NCBI GenBank assembly: GCA_026770705.1
Contig: JANJGN010000014.1
Span: forward strand, 125,364,001-125,428,000
From: Isurus oxyrinchus
Lineage: Eukaryota
Direction of reading: 5' to 3'
DNA length: 64,000 nt
Made by a program: the position numbers and the translations under genes
Notes under the pieces: model-generated
Databases searched by the model: none
What the model was told of the DNA's origin: nothing
What the model saw: the letters and a program-made list of their open reading frames with translations, nothing else
In this document: positions 50,876 through 63,190 of the stretch, in pieces
Position numbering within the stretch: position 1 is the stretch's first letter
Layout: each line of letters starts with the position of its first letter

Positions 50876-53402
50876 AAGTAAAAATAATTTGAAAGACATC
50901 TATAAGGTACCAAAAACCAGTATACAGCTTGTATCCACTGAGAATCATTTACGTGAAGTTGTGAGCAAATATGCTCTGGAAAAATATACCAGGTATATTT
51001 CCACTATTAATCCACTATTAATGTCCTTCATCAACTTCAAGGGAGAATTTAATAATTTAAAGAAGGATTTTACAACTGGGAAATGTTGTTGAATTTAACC
51101 TGCTAAATTGAATGCAATAAAGTTCTACATGACAATTCAATCTTTGCAGATGGCAGCTAACCAATTAATTCCAGGTCATAAATGCTGTACATCAGGGAAC
51201 CATGATGGCCCCATTCATGTTTATTACTGTAATTAAGTACTTCTTGTACAAACTTGGATCTCTATTCTACACTCACAGATTCAGGCAGCAATAATGATGC
51301 CAAAATCAATTTGAGAGCAACATGGAGAGGTCCCAGGACTGATTCATTTTCAACTCTTAATACTGAAAGAAACGAAAAGATGCACAGCAAACTATCTCAG
51401 GTCAAGAATTGAATTATTACAAGAAGACCACTATCAATCGCTCAGCCTTCATACATTTAAATAGAAAAGTTAGGAAATCCAGTGCAAGTGTATCATTTGT
51501 TTGGAAAAATGGCCACCAACACAATTCTCATCAAAATACTTTGGGTTTTCCTTATTAAAAACATGCAAACTCAACATAATTGATAGATCTGATATGGGTT
51601 CATTAGAAAGGAGATTTTCCACAAGAAATCAAAATATACAAATGCTAACTTTACAAGACATAGCGGTGGACTTTTACTTCTGGTGGTGGTGTTAAATGGG
51701 AAGTAATGGATTGTCTGTCTGTTATAAACTCCACCCAATCTTTCTTTCTTTCTGTTACAAATGATTTGAATAATGCAATTGTTGAATCATGCCTCAGTAA
51801 CAATGGGAATTCTCTACAGCTGGAATTGTAAGTCATTCTGAGTGGGTACACACTTTTTTTGTATCTCACAGATGCCTTTCAGATTAAGTTTATTCATTCA
51901 ACCAGAGAAAACTTCTGCCATTTGTTTCTTATGCCTATGTAAATTGGCACAATTCTATTCAGTGGACAGGTTTGTGCCCCTTGATCACAATAGACAAGAG
52001 GCCAATTATTCTACACATGGAAACCCAAGTCCTCTTCGGCCATGAACCGTGCTGATGAGTTTAGTTTTGTATTGTTTTATTGTTCTAGATTACATACATT
52101 TATCTTGTGTGTCGTGATGTTTTATAGAAAATAGTAGTGCAGTATTTCAAGAGTTTAGAGGTTAAAATAAACTGTTGCTGCACTTTTATTTTGAGTGGTT
52201 TGAATTGTTTAATGTGGTGTTACTGGACCTGTACCAATGGAAACCTTCTATTAACCTTGCAGGGAAAGATGGCAGGGAAGGCGTTGATTCTGGATTCTAC
52301 TGATTCCAGAAATACTTGAAGCATTTGTTGAGTACTTTCTCAAGTTTCTTCCTTTTCATGGGATTGTCCTAGATCTTCGCTGAATTCATGCCAGATCCTC
52401 TTCCCATGATTCTTAGAATTCTTACTCAGTTAACTCTCCCAGCTCCTGTTTATTTTTTTTGACTCAGTTGCTTGATATGAGTTATTTATTTGTAATTGTA
52501 TATTAATTGAATGTTTAATTGTATTCAGGTAATGGACATTAACTGGAGATTCACTTGTGCTATTCATAGGAGCACTAATTTGTTAACTAGTTTTACTCAA
52601 AGAGTATATATAGGAGCAAACTGAAACTTTGTTTGTTGAGTTTGGAGGTGCATTTTTTCTAATGTGCATCTCCTATTACACTCTAGTTCTTCACTGTCTT
52701 ACTATTTGGAATTGAGAAATATTAGCTCAGCTAGTTCATGCCATCATTTCTTGGAGCTGGTGCTCATATTTTACTTGGTCCCATGTACTTCCTGAAGCAT
52801 TGCTTACACACTCATTTCCGGAGATCTTTTCTGTTCTTTCATTAAGTACAATTTCTTCTCCGAGTTAAAAGATGATAAAAGCTTCCTTTTAAGAAAGTGT
52901 TGTTTTGTGATCTGTGTACAGCGATCATTTTGTTAAGGAGAATAAGGATGATTTTGGACTTTTGGGAAAAGTGGATGTAAGGTGGTTCCATGAGGACAAT
53001 ACCTCACATACTGTAAGGATTGGGAAGCTGATCTTGGAAATGTAACGTTGTCCATAGCAGAATTATGCCTCCCTGCTACCCACCACCATCGCAAAAATAA
53101 CTGTATGAGATGCTCTTTGGAAAAAGCAATAATTGGGACAATTAGGAGCTCTTAACCTCTAAAAAGCCTCTCTGGAAACTGAAGAATGAGAGTTGTGTAG
53201 TCAGGTTCTAGTCTAAATTATGGCTTTTCTGGCAGACTCTTGTTATGGCAGGAGTGCACCAGAAGGCCTTTAACTTTGATAAATCAAGTCTCTATCCACC
53301 TGTAGGCATAAAAGTTATGACAGTCCTTGGGTCTTGAGCAACATTAACCTTAACTGACACCGCCAAATACAATTGTTTTGGTTATGCTGTTTGTGGAACA
53401 TT

Positions 53403-53862
53403 CTCCTTCTTCTTTTGGCTTCTGCCATTTTACTCAGGGTTGCCACAATGCTGGATGATCTCCTCCCATCAGTCACCCATTACTCTTCCAATCCCATTGT
53501 GTTTAAGTCTCTCATCAACGCATCTTTCCATCTGGTCTTAGGCCTTCCTCTTCTTCTTCCTGGCACTCCCATCTCCATCGCTCACCGTTACCACATTTCC
53601 TCTCTCTCTCTCTGCAACAGATGACTGTACCATTTTAATCCCTTCTCGGCTACATTCTTTGATGCTCCCACAATCTTCACTGAACCTTTGATGTGCTGAT
53701 TCCTAATTTTGTCCTTTCTTGTTACTCCACACATCCGCACTTCATCAGTACTTGATCATAGTTTGTCTCTTCTTGATGTTGTCCAAGTTTCTGTACTATA
53801 TAACAAGTCTCACGACTGTCTTGTAGATTCTTACTTTCAGTTTCAGTGATACTTTTCTATTA
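53403..53862 (-). mobile_element. RTE-clade LINE 3' fragment
   Basis: Minus-strand translation IYKTVVR...IRNQHIKGSVK...LKWYSHL.....PGRRRGRPKTRWKDAL, (AGA)n-type tail. Confidence 0.8.
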
Positions 53863-53864
53863 CG

Positions 53865-56800
53865 TAACACTCCACAGCCCAGTTTTGTGTTGTCAGCACA
53901 CTTGGAAATATTGCACTAAGATAAAAGCAAAAAACTGCGGATGCTGGAAATCCAAAACAAAAACAAAAATACCTGGAAAAACTCAGCAGGTCTGGCAGCA
54001 TCTGCGGAGAGGAACACAGTTAACGTTTCGAGTCCTTATGACTCTTCAACAGAACTAAGGAAATATAGAAAAGAGGTGAAATATAAGCTGGTTTAAGGAG
54101 GGGGGTGGGACAGGTAGAGCCGGATAGAGGGCCAGTGGAGATAACCAAAAGATGTCACAGACAAAAGAACAAAGTGGTGTTGAAGCTGGTGATATTATCT
54201 AAGGAATGTGATAATAAAGGTACAGATAGCCCTAGTGGGGGTGGGGTGGGGGGAAGGGATCGAAATAGGCTAAAAGGCAGAGATAAAACAATGGGTGGAA
54301 ATACATTTAAAAATAATGGAAATAGGTGGGAAAAATAATCTATATAAATTATTGGAAAAAAGGGGGATCGGAAAGGGAGTGGAAATGGAGGAGAGAGTTC
54401 ATGATCTAAATTTGTTGAACTCAATATTCGGTCCGGAAGGCTGCAAAGTGCCTAGTTGAAAGATGAGGTGCTGTTCCTCCAGTTTGCGTTGAGCTTCACT
54501 GGAATAATGCAGCAGGCCAAGGACAGACATGTGGGCAAGAGAGCAGGGTGGAGTGTTGAAATGGCAAGCGACAGGGAGGTCTGGGTCATGCTTGCATTTG
54601 GTTTCCTCGTCCAAGTCATTTATATATATTGTGAAAAGCTGAGGCCTAAGAACTGATCCCTGTAGTACACCGCTAGTCACTGCCAGCCATCTGGAAAAAG
54701 ACCTATTTATTCCCACACACTGTTTCTGGTCTTTGCTAATCTTTATCTCTTCGCATAGTTATAGAAACTTTTACAGTCAGTTTTTATGTTCCCTGCAAGA
54801 ATACTCTCATACTCCATTTTCTCCTTCTTGATCAATCTTTTTGTCCACTTTTGTTTAATTCTAAACTGCTCCCAATCCTCAGGCTTGCTGCTTTTTCTGG
54901 CAATTTTATATGTCTTTTTTTTGGATCTAATACTATACTTAATTGCTTTTGTAATCCATGGTTGAGCCACCTTTCCTGTTTTATTTTTGCATCAGACAGG
55001 AATGAACAATTGTTGTAATTCATGCATACGTTCCTTAAATATCAGTCATTGCCAATCTACCATCAACCCTTTTAGTAAGGTTCTCCAATCCGTCATTGCC
55101 AACTTACGCCTCATACCCTCGTAGTTCCCTTTAGTTAGATTTAGGACCCTAATTTCGGATTCAACTTCTTCACTCTCCATCTTAATGAACAATTCTACCA
55201 TTTTATGGTCGCTCTTCCCCAAGGGACACCACACAAAAAGATTGTTAATTAATCCTTTCTCATTGCACAATACCAAGTTTAGAACAACCTGCTCTCTTAT
55301 TCGTCTAAAAAACCATCACGTACACACTCCAGAAAATCCTCCTCCACAGTATTATTGCAAGTTTGGTTTGACCAATCTATATGTAGATTAAAGTCATCCA
55401 TGATCACAGTTGTACCCTTACTGCATGCATCTCTAATTTCCTGTTTAATGCCTTCCCTTACAACTCCGGTATTGTTTGGGGGCCTTTGGGCAACACCGAC
55501 CAACATTTTCTGTCCCTTTGGGTTTCTAATCTCCACCCAGACAGATTCCACATCATGATTTTCTGAGTTAATATCCTTCCTCACTATTGCATTGATTTCT
55601 TCCTTTACTAACAGTGCTACCCCACTCCTTCCCCTATTTTTCTGTGCCTTCCTAAATATTGAATACCCCTGGATGTTTAGTTCCCATCCTTGGTCACCCT
55701 ACAGCAATGTCTCTGTAATTGCAACTATATCATAGCTGTTTATATCTATTTGCACTGTTAATTCACCTACCCTATTGCAAATGCTCCGCGCATTAAGATA
55801 CAATGCCTTAATATTTGTCTTTTTAACTTTGTTAGTCATCTTAGCTTTATTTTGCTCTATGATCCCATTTGTTTATCATCCTTGTTTTTTCTGCCTTCCA
55901 CTTTTGCTTCTTATTTTTCTGTCTTTCATTTTTATCTTTGTTTCCCCCTCCTCTGTCTCCCTGCTCAAGTTCCCATCCCCCTGTAATTCGTTTAAACCCT
56001 CCCGACAGCACTAGCAAACACCCCCCCCCCCCCCCACCCACTCCCTCGTCACCCTCAAGGACATTGGTCCGGTCCTGCCCAGATGTAACCTGTCCTGTTT
56101 GTACTGGTCGCACCTTCCCCAGCTTCCCTAGAACGGGTCCCAATGTCCCAGGAATCTGAATCTGTCCCCTCTACAATATTTCTTCAGCCCCGTATTCATC
56201 CAATATATCCTGTTATTTCTGCTCTTGCTAGCACGTGGTGCTGGTAGTAATCCTGAGATTACTACCTTTGAGGTCCTACTATTCAATTTATGTCCTAACT
56301 GCCTATATTCAGCTTGTAGGACCTCATCCCCTTTTTTCCCTATGTCGTTGGTACCAACATATACCATGTCCACTAGCTGTTCACCCTCCCCCTTCAGAAT
56401 GCCCTGCAGCCTCTCCGAGACATCCTCAACCCTGGCACCAGGGAGGCAACATACCATCTTGGAGTCTCTTTTGCGGCTGCAGAAGTGCCTGTCTGTACCC
56501 CTTACTATTGAATCCCTCACCACTATAGCCCTGCCACTCTTCTTCCTCCCCTCTTGTGCAGCAGAGCCACCCATGGTGCCATGGACTTGGCTCCTATTGC
56601 TTTCCCCTGAGAAGTCACCTCCCCCACAGTATCCAAAATGGTTTATCTGTTGGAGAGGGGACAGCCAGAGTGGACTCCTGGCACTACCTGCCTCCCTCAA
56701 CTCTGTCTGGTGGTCACCCATCCTCTTTCTGCCTCTTCAGTCTTTACCTGCAGTGTGACTACCTCACTGAACGTCCTGTCCATGACAATCTGAGCATCAC

Positions 56801-57230
56801 GGATGCTCCACAGTAATCCACCAGCTCCAGCTCTGAAATGCAGTTAGCCAGTAGCTGCATACTTCCTGCACACATGGTTGCCAGGGACACTGGAAGTGTG
56901 CATGACTTCCCACATAGTGCAGGAGGAGCATATCACGGGTGTGAGCTCTGCTGCTTAGACTTCCCTTTAGATTAAACTCATTAGTAACTCCTTTTAAAGA
57001 ATACACACTTCTAGAGGCCTTATTCCACTGCAAATACTCCCACTACATTCCAAAGTTCTCACCTTATTTTTTTTAAGTTAATGGACTGCAGCAGTTTAAT
57101 TAGTAGAAAAAGTAGAAGTAGAAGTACTCACCTGACTCTACTTACCAATCAGCTGCCTCCCCTGCGCCGCGTCACTTTTTGAATCATGATGTCACTTCAA
57201 ACTCTACCGCATGAAGGTCTTGAGAGTACG
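53865..57230 (-). mobile_element. CR1 with 5' UTR, ORF1 (Zn-finger + SGNH esterase) and internally deleted ORF2
   Basis: ORF1 CSSCTMWEV, AIVVRDSIVRG, CCLPGARVEDV, VGTNDIG, VISGLLP. ORF2 APE VESVWVEIRN...DDFNL, LGKSDH. RT GVLQGSVL...INDLD / ISKCADNT. Confidence 0.9.
53918..54591 (-). mobile_element. Penelope 3' fragment (second subfamily) with full tail, nested in CR1 RT
   Basis: DPDLPVACHFN...EAQRKLEEQHLIFQLGTLQP. Hammerhead-like motif 54018-54056. TSD ttgca(c/t)t (53911-53917, 54592-54598). Confidence 0.92.
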
Positions 57231-57279
57231 CCTCTCCTCTCTGGACTTGGCCTCTATTTCTCGTACCCTTTTATACTTG

Positions 57280-57960
57280 ACCAGGAACCAATTAAGGTCA
57301 GTGAGCACAGGGGTGAAAGATGAATGGGATTTGGTGTGAGTTAAGACATGGACAGCAGAGCTTTGGATGAGTTCAAGTTTATGGAGGGTAAAATGTGGGA
57401 GATCAGCCAGGAGTGCTTTGGGATAGTCACTCCAAAAGGTAACAGAGGCTTGAATGAAGGTTTCACCAGAAGATGAGCTGAGACTGGCAATCTTATGGAG
57501 GTGGAAATACGTGGTCTTAGTGATGTAATGAATATGAGGTTAGAAGCTTATCTGAGGGTCAATTGTGATACCGAGATTGTGAATAGATTAGCTTAATATC
57601 AGGCTGTTGCCAGCAAGAGGGATAGAGTCAGAAATTAGAGAATTGAGTTTGGACCTAAAAAATGGCTTCAGTCTTCCTAACATTTAATTGGAGGAAATTC
57701 CTGCTCAGTACCGGATGTTGGATAAGAATTCTGATAGTTTAACAATAGTGAAGGAGTCAAGAGAGGTGGTGGTGAGTTAGAGCTTGGTTTTGTCAGTGTA
57801 CACGTGAAGACTGACGCTGTGCATTTGGATGATGCTGCCGAGGAGCAGCGTATAGATGAGAAATAGGATGGGGTTAAAGGTAGAACCTTGATGGATGTGT
57901 TCTGATGCTGCAGATGATGTGTGCCAGGGAGACCAAATCCACAAGGGAAACTTGTCCACG
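57280..57960 (-). mobile_element. L2 RT fragment
   Basis: HQGSTFNPILFLIYTLLLGSIIQMHSVSLHVYTDKTKL (L2 PQGSxLGPxLFxIY...HxYADDTQL). Confidence 0.75.
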
Positions 57961-58003
57961 CTATCAACACAGTTTTGCAATTTGTATTTATCATGAGAAG
58001 ATG

Positions 58004-58829
58004 TGCACTGTATTCAGAAGTAATGAATCCACCAAGACCTTTAGAGATTTAAAAAATTAAATTAAAATATTTATTAACAAAATAAAAGATTTCAAGAGCA
58101 TACTTAAAACAACAATTAGTTACTACAATAACAACTCCTAAAATTCCCAATTAACTTGACTCCCACTTACAAACCCCCTTTAAGGCAACATTCCCAAATA
58201 GATTTTAGATTTAAAACAAAACCAAGAAGTTAACACAGTACCCACTTGACAGTGGAATTCTAAATGGCTTTCCCCAACTTCAGTTAATTTAATTAGCAGA
58301 CTTATGAACAAATGGCTGGAGGCTTCTTGAAGGCTGTTTCACACACTCCTTTTAGACCTAAGATAGGCCTCTCCTCACATAGCCTTTCATTCTCCTCTAT
58401 ATATGTTCCTCTCTCTTTAATATGTAAATTTTATTGTTCCATATGTCTTTGAAACTGTACCTTTCTCACAATATAAAAACTTTCATGTTGCCAATATTGT
58501 CAGTAACCTTTGGGAAAAATACATACTACCTTGCATATCTGGCTAGTTGTAAACAGACTAACATTCTTTTGAAATCTAAAAAAATCCCTTCACTTAGCTA
58601 AAAATACAAATCCCTTCACACTTTACATGCTAAGCTAGCATCCATGTTTACTCATTGGCATTTCGAACACCTTTCTACACCTAGCTTCTTTTGATGATTT
58701 CAAGATTGTAATCTACTTGATTCCAAATGTAATTAAATCACTCAGACAGAGCCAACTTTACTTACACCCATAAACCTACTTCACAATAAACCAGAAAAAT
58801 ATTATAAAAATTATTACGCTTTTGTAACA
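58004..58829 (-). mobile_element. Probable solo LTR
   Basis: TG...CA ends with 4-bp gatg on both sides (58000-58003, 58830-58833). Minus-strand TATA-like element (about 58400) and AATAAA (about 58072). The left end could alternatively be about 57989. Confidence 0.55.
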
Positions 58830-58879
58830 GATGCCAGAGTAAAGAGGAAGCAGGAAGAGATGCCATTGCATGTGTTTCT

Positions 58880-59530
58880 TTGGATTAGATAGATAAGAAT
58901 AAATCACAGAGGGTTGGGAGGAGGTTACAGAGACAGGGAGGGGGCAGGGCAAAGCTGGGATTTGAAAGCAAGGATGAGAATTGTAAAATCATGCATTTGC
59001 TTATTTGTGGGCCCGCCTAGGTAAGCAAGTGCAGGGTTGATGGGTAAAGAGGATTTGGTGTGAGTTAGGGCATGGGCCTCAGAGTTTTGGATGATCAAGT
59101 TTAAAGAGAGGAGAACTTGGGAGGCCAGCCAGGAGCCTGTTGGAATAGACAAGTCTAGAGATAAAAGTGACCTGGATTGAGTGTTTCAGGAGCGGATGAG
59201 CTGAGACATGGGTGGAATCAGGTGATATTATGGAGGCATTAACAGGAGGTGTTAGTGATGGTGTAGATCTGTCCTCAGAAGCTTGACACCAAGTTTGCAA
59301 ACAGATTGCTTCAGCCTCAGACAGTTGTCAGGAGACAGATGCAGTCACTGGCTAGGGAATGGTATTTGCGGTGAGACTAATGACAATAGTTTCAGGTTTC
59401 CAAATATTTAGTTGGAGGAAATTTCTGCCCATTCAGTACTGGTTTTTGGACAATCAGTCTGATAGTTTAGGCACAGTGCATGGAACCAGAGAGGTGGCCA
59501 TAAGGTAGAGCTGGGTGAAGGTAAATAAAA
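58880..59530 (-). mobile_element. L2 3'-half fragment
   Basis: IQVTFISRLVYSNRLLAGLPSS.L.KL..IQNSEA..LT.TK (L2 SRLDYxNxLLxGLP...QNxAAR). Confidence 0.8.
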
Positions 59531-60298
59531 GGGGGCCACATGTTGAAATGAGAAGGATGAGAGAAGATGTGTGTTTCCCAGATGTGCAACCCAGCTTCTA
59601 CGTTAGGTGAGTTTTTGAATATGCAGCACATGCAGAGCTTGTGTTGGTAATATGCTTGCTGCTTCTATTCATCCATCATGCTCCTTCCATCAATGCCACT
59701 TCCGTGTTGTTCCTCATAGCCGGATGCCTCTTATCAAAAAGGGCAAACCTATCTGCAACAGCAGGGGACATTTTCAGCTGCATTCAGAAATGCCATCACT
59801 TTAGTAGTTCTAGTTGCATCCATTTTTTCAGTAGCTGTCCAGTTTTAAGGCAACATTTAGTCTCAATACCCTACCACCTTGACTGCACCCCCCTGTACTA
59901 CCCATGCCTCTTTTGCTGTGTTCCGAGGGGACTGCAATAATGTGTGAATGAGCTGATCTTGCATTACCACCAGGGATCAACTCAGTGAACTGCAGACACA
60001 TTCAATGCCTGAAGAGCCATGGTCACTATTATTCAAGCTGAGCCTTGATATTAGCATCCATACATTTAACTGTCAATGGATTCCCAAAGGCTTTGATGCT
60101 ACTTTGAAGTATTATTTGTTGGGCAGGCATGTTAAGTTCGACATTTGTGGAAAATATAACTGATAATCAAGGATGGATTAAAGATATCTATGGGGAGTTG
60201 TCTCTCCAAGGAATGCTCTGTATTTAACATACAGTATTACGCCATATTTAATAAGCATAAGAAAATAATTATAAGGCAACAAAGTGCTGAGATACATT

Positions 60299-60314
60299 TG
60301 CCACCAGATGGCAC
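60299..60314 (+). promoter_or_regulatory. CTCF core motif match
   Basis: TGCCACCAGATGGCAC fits CCASYAGRKGGCRS and lies in non-repeat sequence. Confidence 0.55.
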
Positions 60315-60761
60315 CATTCACCTGAACTATTTTCACTATTTTAATATATTGCAATCAGACCTATTCATTGAACTGCAGCAATTAATATGGGCAGCGTTAC
60401 ATTTGCCATAATTAAAGGTTGCTACTTTAATTAAATTTGAATTAAAATATGAGAATTAAGAGAAGGTATGACAATCCCATGGACAAAACTACAGTATCTC
60501 TGTATAATTTTTCCAGCAAAAAACGACACGTATTATTAATAAAAATGGAAAAAAAGACTTGCATTTATGTTACATCTTTTATGACCACAGGGCATCCCAA
60601 AGCACTGTACATCCAATAAAGTACTTTTGCAATGTAGTGACTATTCTAGGGAATAAGACAGCTACTTTGCACACAGTATCCCGTGCTTTTCTTCAAAATA
60701 GTGCCATGGGATGTTTTACATTCACCTGAGAGAACAGACGGGGCCTCAGTTTAACACCTTG

Positions 60762-61442
60762 AACATATATAAGAATATATGAACTGGGAGTAGGTATTGA
60801 CCATTCTGCCCTTCGAGCCTGCTCTGCCACTCAATAAGGACAACTCCGCATTCCTACCTACCCCCAATAACCTTTCACCGCCTTGCTTATCATGAATCTA
60901 TCTAGTTCTGCCTTAAAAATATTCAAAGAATCTGCTTTCACTGTCTTTTGAGGAAGAGAGTTCCAAGAGAAAAAAGTTCTCCTCCTCTCTGTCTTAAATG
61001 GGCGACCCTTTATTTTTAAATAGTGACCCTAGTTCTAGATTCTCCCACAAGAGGAAAGATCCTTTCCACATCCACCCTGTCAAGTCCCCTTATATGTTTC
61101 AATCAAGTCGCGGCTTACTCTTCTAAAGTCCAGCAGATACACTTAGCCTGTTCAACCTTCCCTCATAAGACCCATCCCAGGTATTAGTCTAGTCCCTTTG
61201 TAGCCTCCTTATGCCCTCTTCATAACTTACTTTCCTTGCTATTTTCGTGTCATCAACAAATTTAGCAAACATACTTTCAGTTCAAAACAAAAACAGAATT
61301 ACCTGGAAAAACTCAGCAGGTCTGGCAGCATCGGCGGAGAAGAAAAGAGTTGACGTTTCGAGTCCTCATGACCCTTCGACAGAACTTGAGTTCGAGTCCA
61401 AGAAAGAGTTGAAATATAAGCTGGTTTAAGGTGTGTGGGGGT

Positions 61443-61475
<33 letters not shown>

Positions 61476-62963
61476 GGAGAGAGAGAGAGAGAGAGAGAAG
61501 TGGAGGGGGTGGTGTGGTTGTAGGGACAAACAAGCAGTGATAGAAGCAGATCACCAAAAGATGTCAACAACAATAGAACAAAAGAACACATAGGTGTTAA
61601 AGTTGGTGATATTATCTAAACGTATGTGCTAATTAAGAATGGATGGTAGGGAACTCAAGGTATAGCTCTAGTGGGGATGGGGAGAGCATAAAAGATTTAA
61701 AAATATTTAAAAATAATGGAAATAGGTGGGAAAAGAAAAATCTATATAATTTATTGGAAAAAAAGGAAGGGGGAAACAGAAAGGGGGTGGGGATGGGGGA
61801 GGGAGCTCAAGACCTAAAGTTGTTGAATTCAATATTCAGTCCGGAAGGCTGTAAAGTGCCTAGTCAGAAGATGAGGTGTTGTTCCTCCAGTTTGCGTTGG
61901 GCTTCACTGGAACAATGCAGCAAGCCAAGTACAGACAAGAGAGCAGGGTGGAGTGTTAAAATGGCAAGCGACAGGGAGGTTTGGGTCATTCTTGCGGACA
62001 GACCGCAGGTGTTCTGCAAAGTGGTCGCCCAGTTTACGTTTGGTCTCTTCAATGTAGAGGACTTTCAGTTCCTTCATCCAAGTCATTTGTATATATTGTA
62101 AAAAATTGAGACCCCAGCACTGATCCCTGTGGCACACCACTAGTTATGTCTTGCCAATCAGAAAATGACCCATTTATGCCTACTCTCAGTTTCCTGTTAG
62201 CTTGCCAATCTTCTATCCATGCCAATACGTTATCCCCTACACTAGGAGCTTTTATTTTCCGCAATGATCTTTGATGTGGCACCTTATCAAATACTTTCCG
62301 GAAATCCAAGTACAGTACACCCACCGGTTCCGCTTTATCCACAGCACGTGTTACTTCTTCAAAGAACTCCAATTAAGTTGTTTAACGTGATTTCCCTTTC
62401 ACAAAACCATGTTGACTCTGCCTGATTACCTTGACTTTTTCCAAGTGTCATGCTATAACGTCCTTACTAATAGCTTCTACCATTTTCCCTAAGACAGATG
62501 TTAAGCTAACTGGCCTGTCGTTTCCTGCTTTCTGTCTCCCTGCCTTTTTGAATAAAGGAGATACATTTGCTATTTTCCAACCTAATGGAATCTTCACCGA
62601 ACCTAGAGAAATTTGGAAAATTAAAACCAATGCATCAACTATCTCACTAGCCACTTCTTTTAAGACCCAGAGATGAAGTCCATCGGCCCGCAGCTCCAAC
62701 AATTTGTTCAGTACCACTTTCTTCTGATTGTAATTTCCTTGAGTTCCTCCCTCCCTCCCTTTCACTTCCTGATTTACAATTACTTCCGGGATATTACTTG
62801 TGTCCTCTATGGTGAAGAGTGATGCAAAATATCTGTTCAATTCAGCTGCTATTTCCTTGCTACCCCTTATTAATTCCCCGGACTCACTTTCTATAGGACA
62901 AATGCTCACTTTGTTCATTCTTTTCCTTTTCAAGTATCTGTAGAAAATCTTACTATCTATTTT
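60762..62963 (-). mobile_element. CR1 (RT to 3' end) nested in the SINE
   Basis: VLKEVASEIVDAL..WKIANVSPLFKK...[32 protein letters not shown], tail at 60762. Confidence 0.9.
61284..62060 (-). mobile_element. Young Penelope 3' fragment nested in CR1 RT
   Basis: LYIEETKRKLGDHFAEHLRSV. 11-bp TSD actttcagttc (61273-61283, 62061-62071). Close match to 32375-33142. Confidence 0.95.
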
Positions 62964-63190
62964 TACCTCATCCCAAAAATGGCTTAGTACTGCACTGAAA
63001 TACCAGCCTATTGTGCTGAAGTCCTGGAGTGGGGCTTGGATCTACAACTTTCCAAGTCAGAGGTGAGGGCACTACAAACTCAACCACTGCTGACACACAA
63101 AAATGGGGGAAACATTCTAGCTCCCACTGGGCTAAGATATGTTGCAATTTTTTGTCTTTTTAAATCAAATCAGCAACAAAAGTAATGGTA

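Larger units (their letters stand above)
60555..63095 (-). mobile_element. Deu-domain SINE split in two (60555-60759 and 62965-63095) by a CR1
   Basis: Deu core cttcaaaatagtgccatgggat...cacctgagag..cagacggggcctcagtttaacacct resumes as acctcatccc...ctggagtggggcttg tRNA-like head. Confidence 0.8.

Noticed and set aside
51664-52330. Plus-strand splice-like signals and short open frames
   Set aside because: The implied intron is only about 42 bp, joined frames hit stops, and there is no recognisable protein.
54399-54716. Apparent CR1 RT-Penelope endonuclease fusion ORF (also 61904-62140)
   Set aside because: TSDs show these are nested-insertion junctions read through by chance, not fusion genes.
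61437-61500. Long G run and (GA)n tract (C runs also at about 32970, 34780 and 56020)
   Set aside because: Simple-sequence tracts, mostly in TE UTRs. Homopolymer lengths are unreliable and no function can be inferred.
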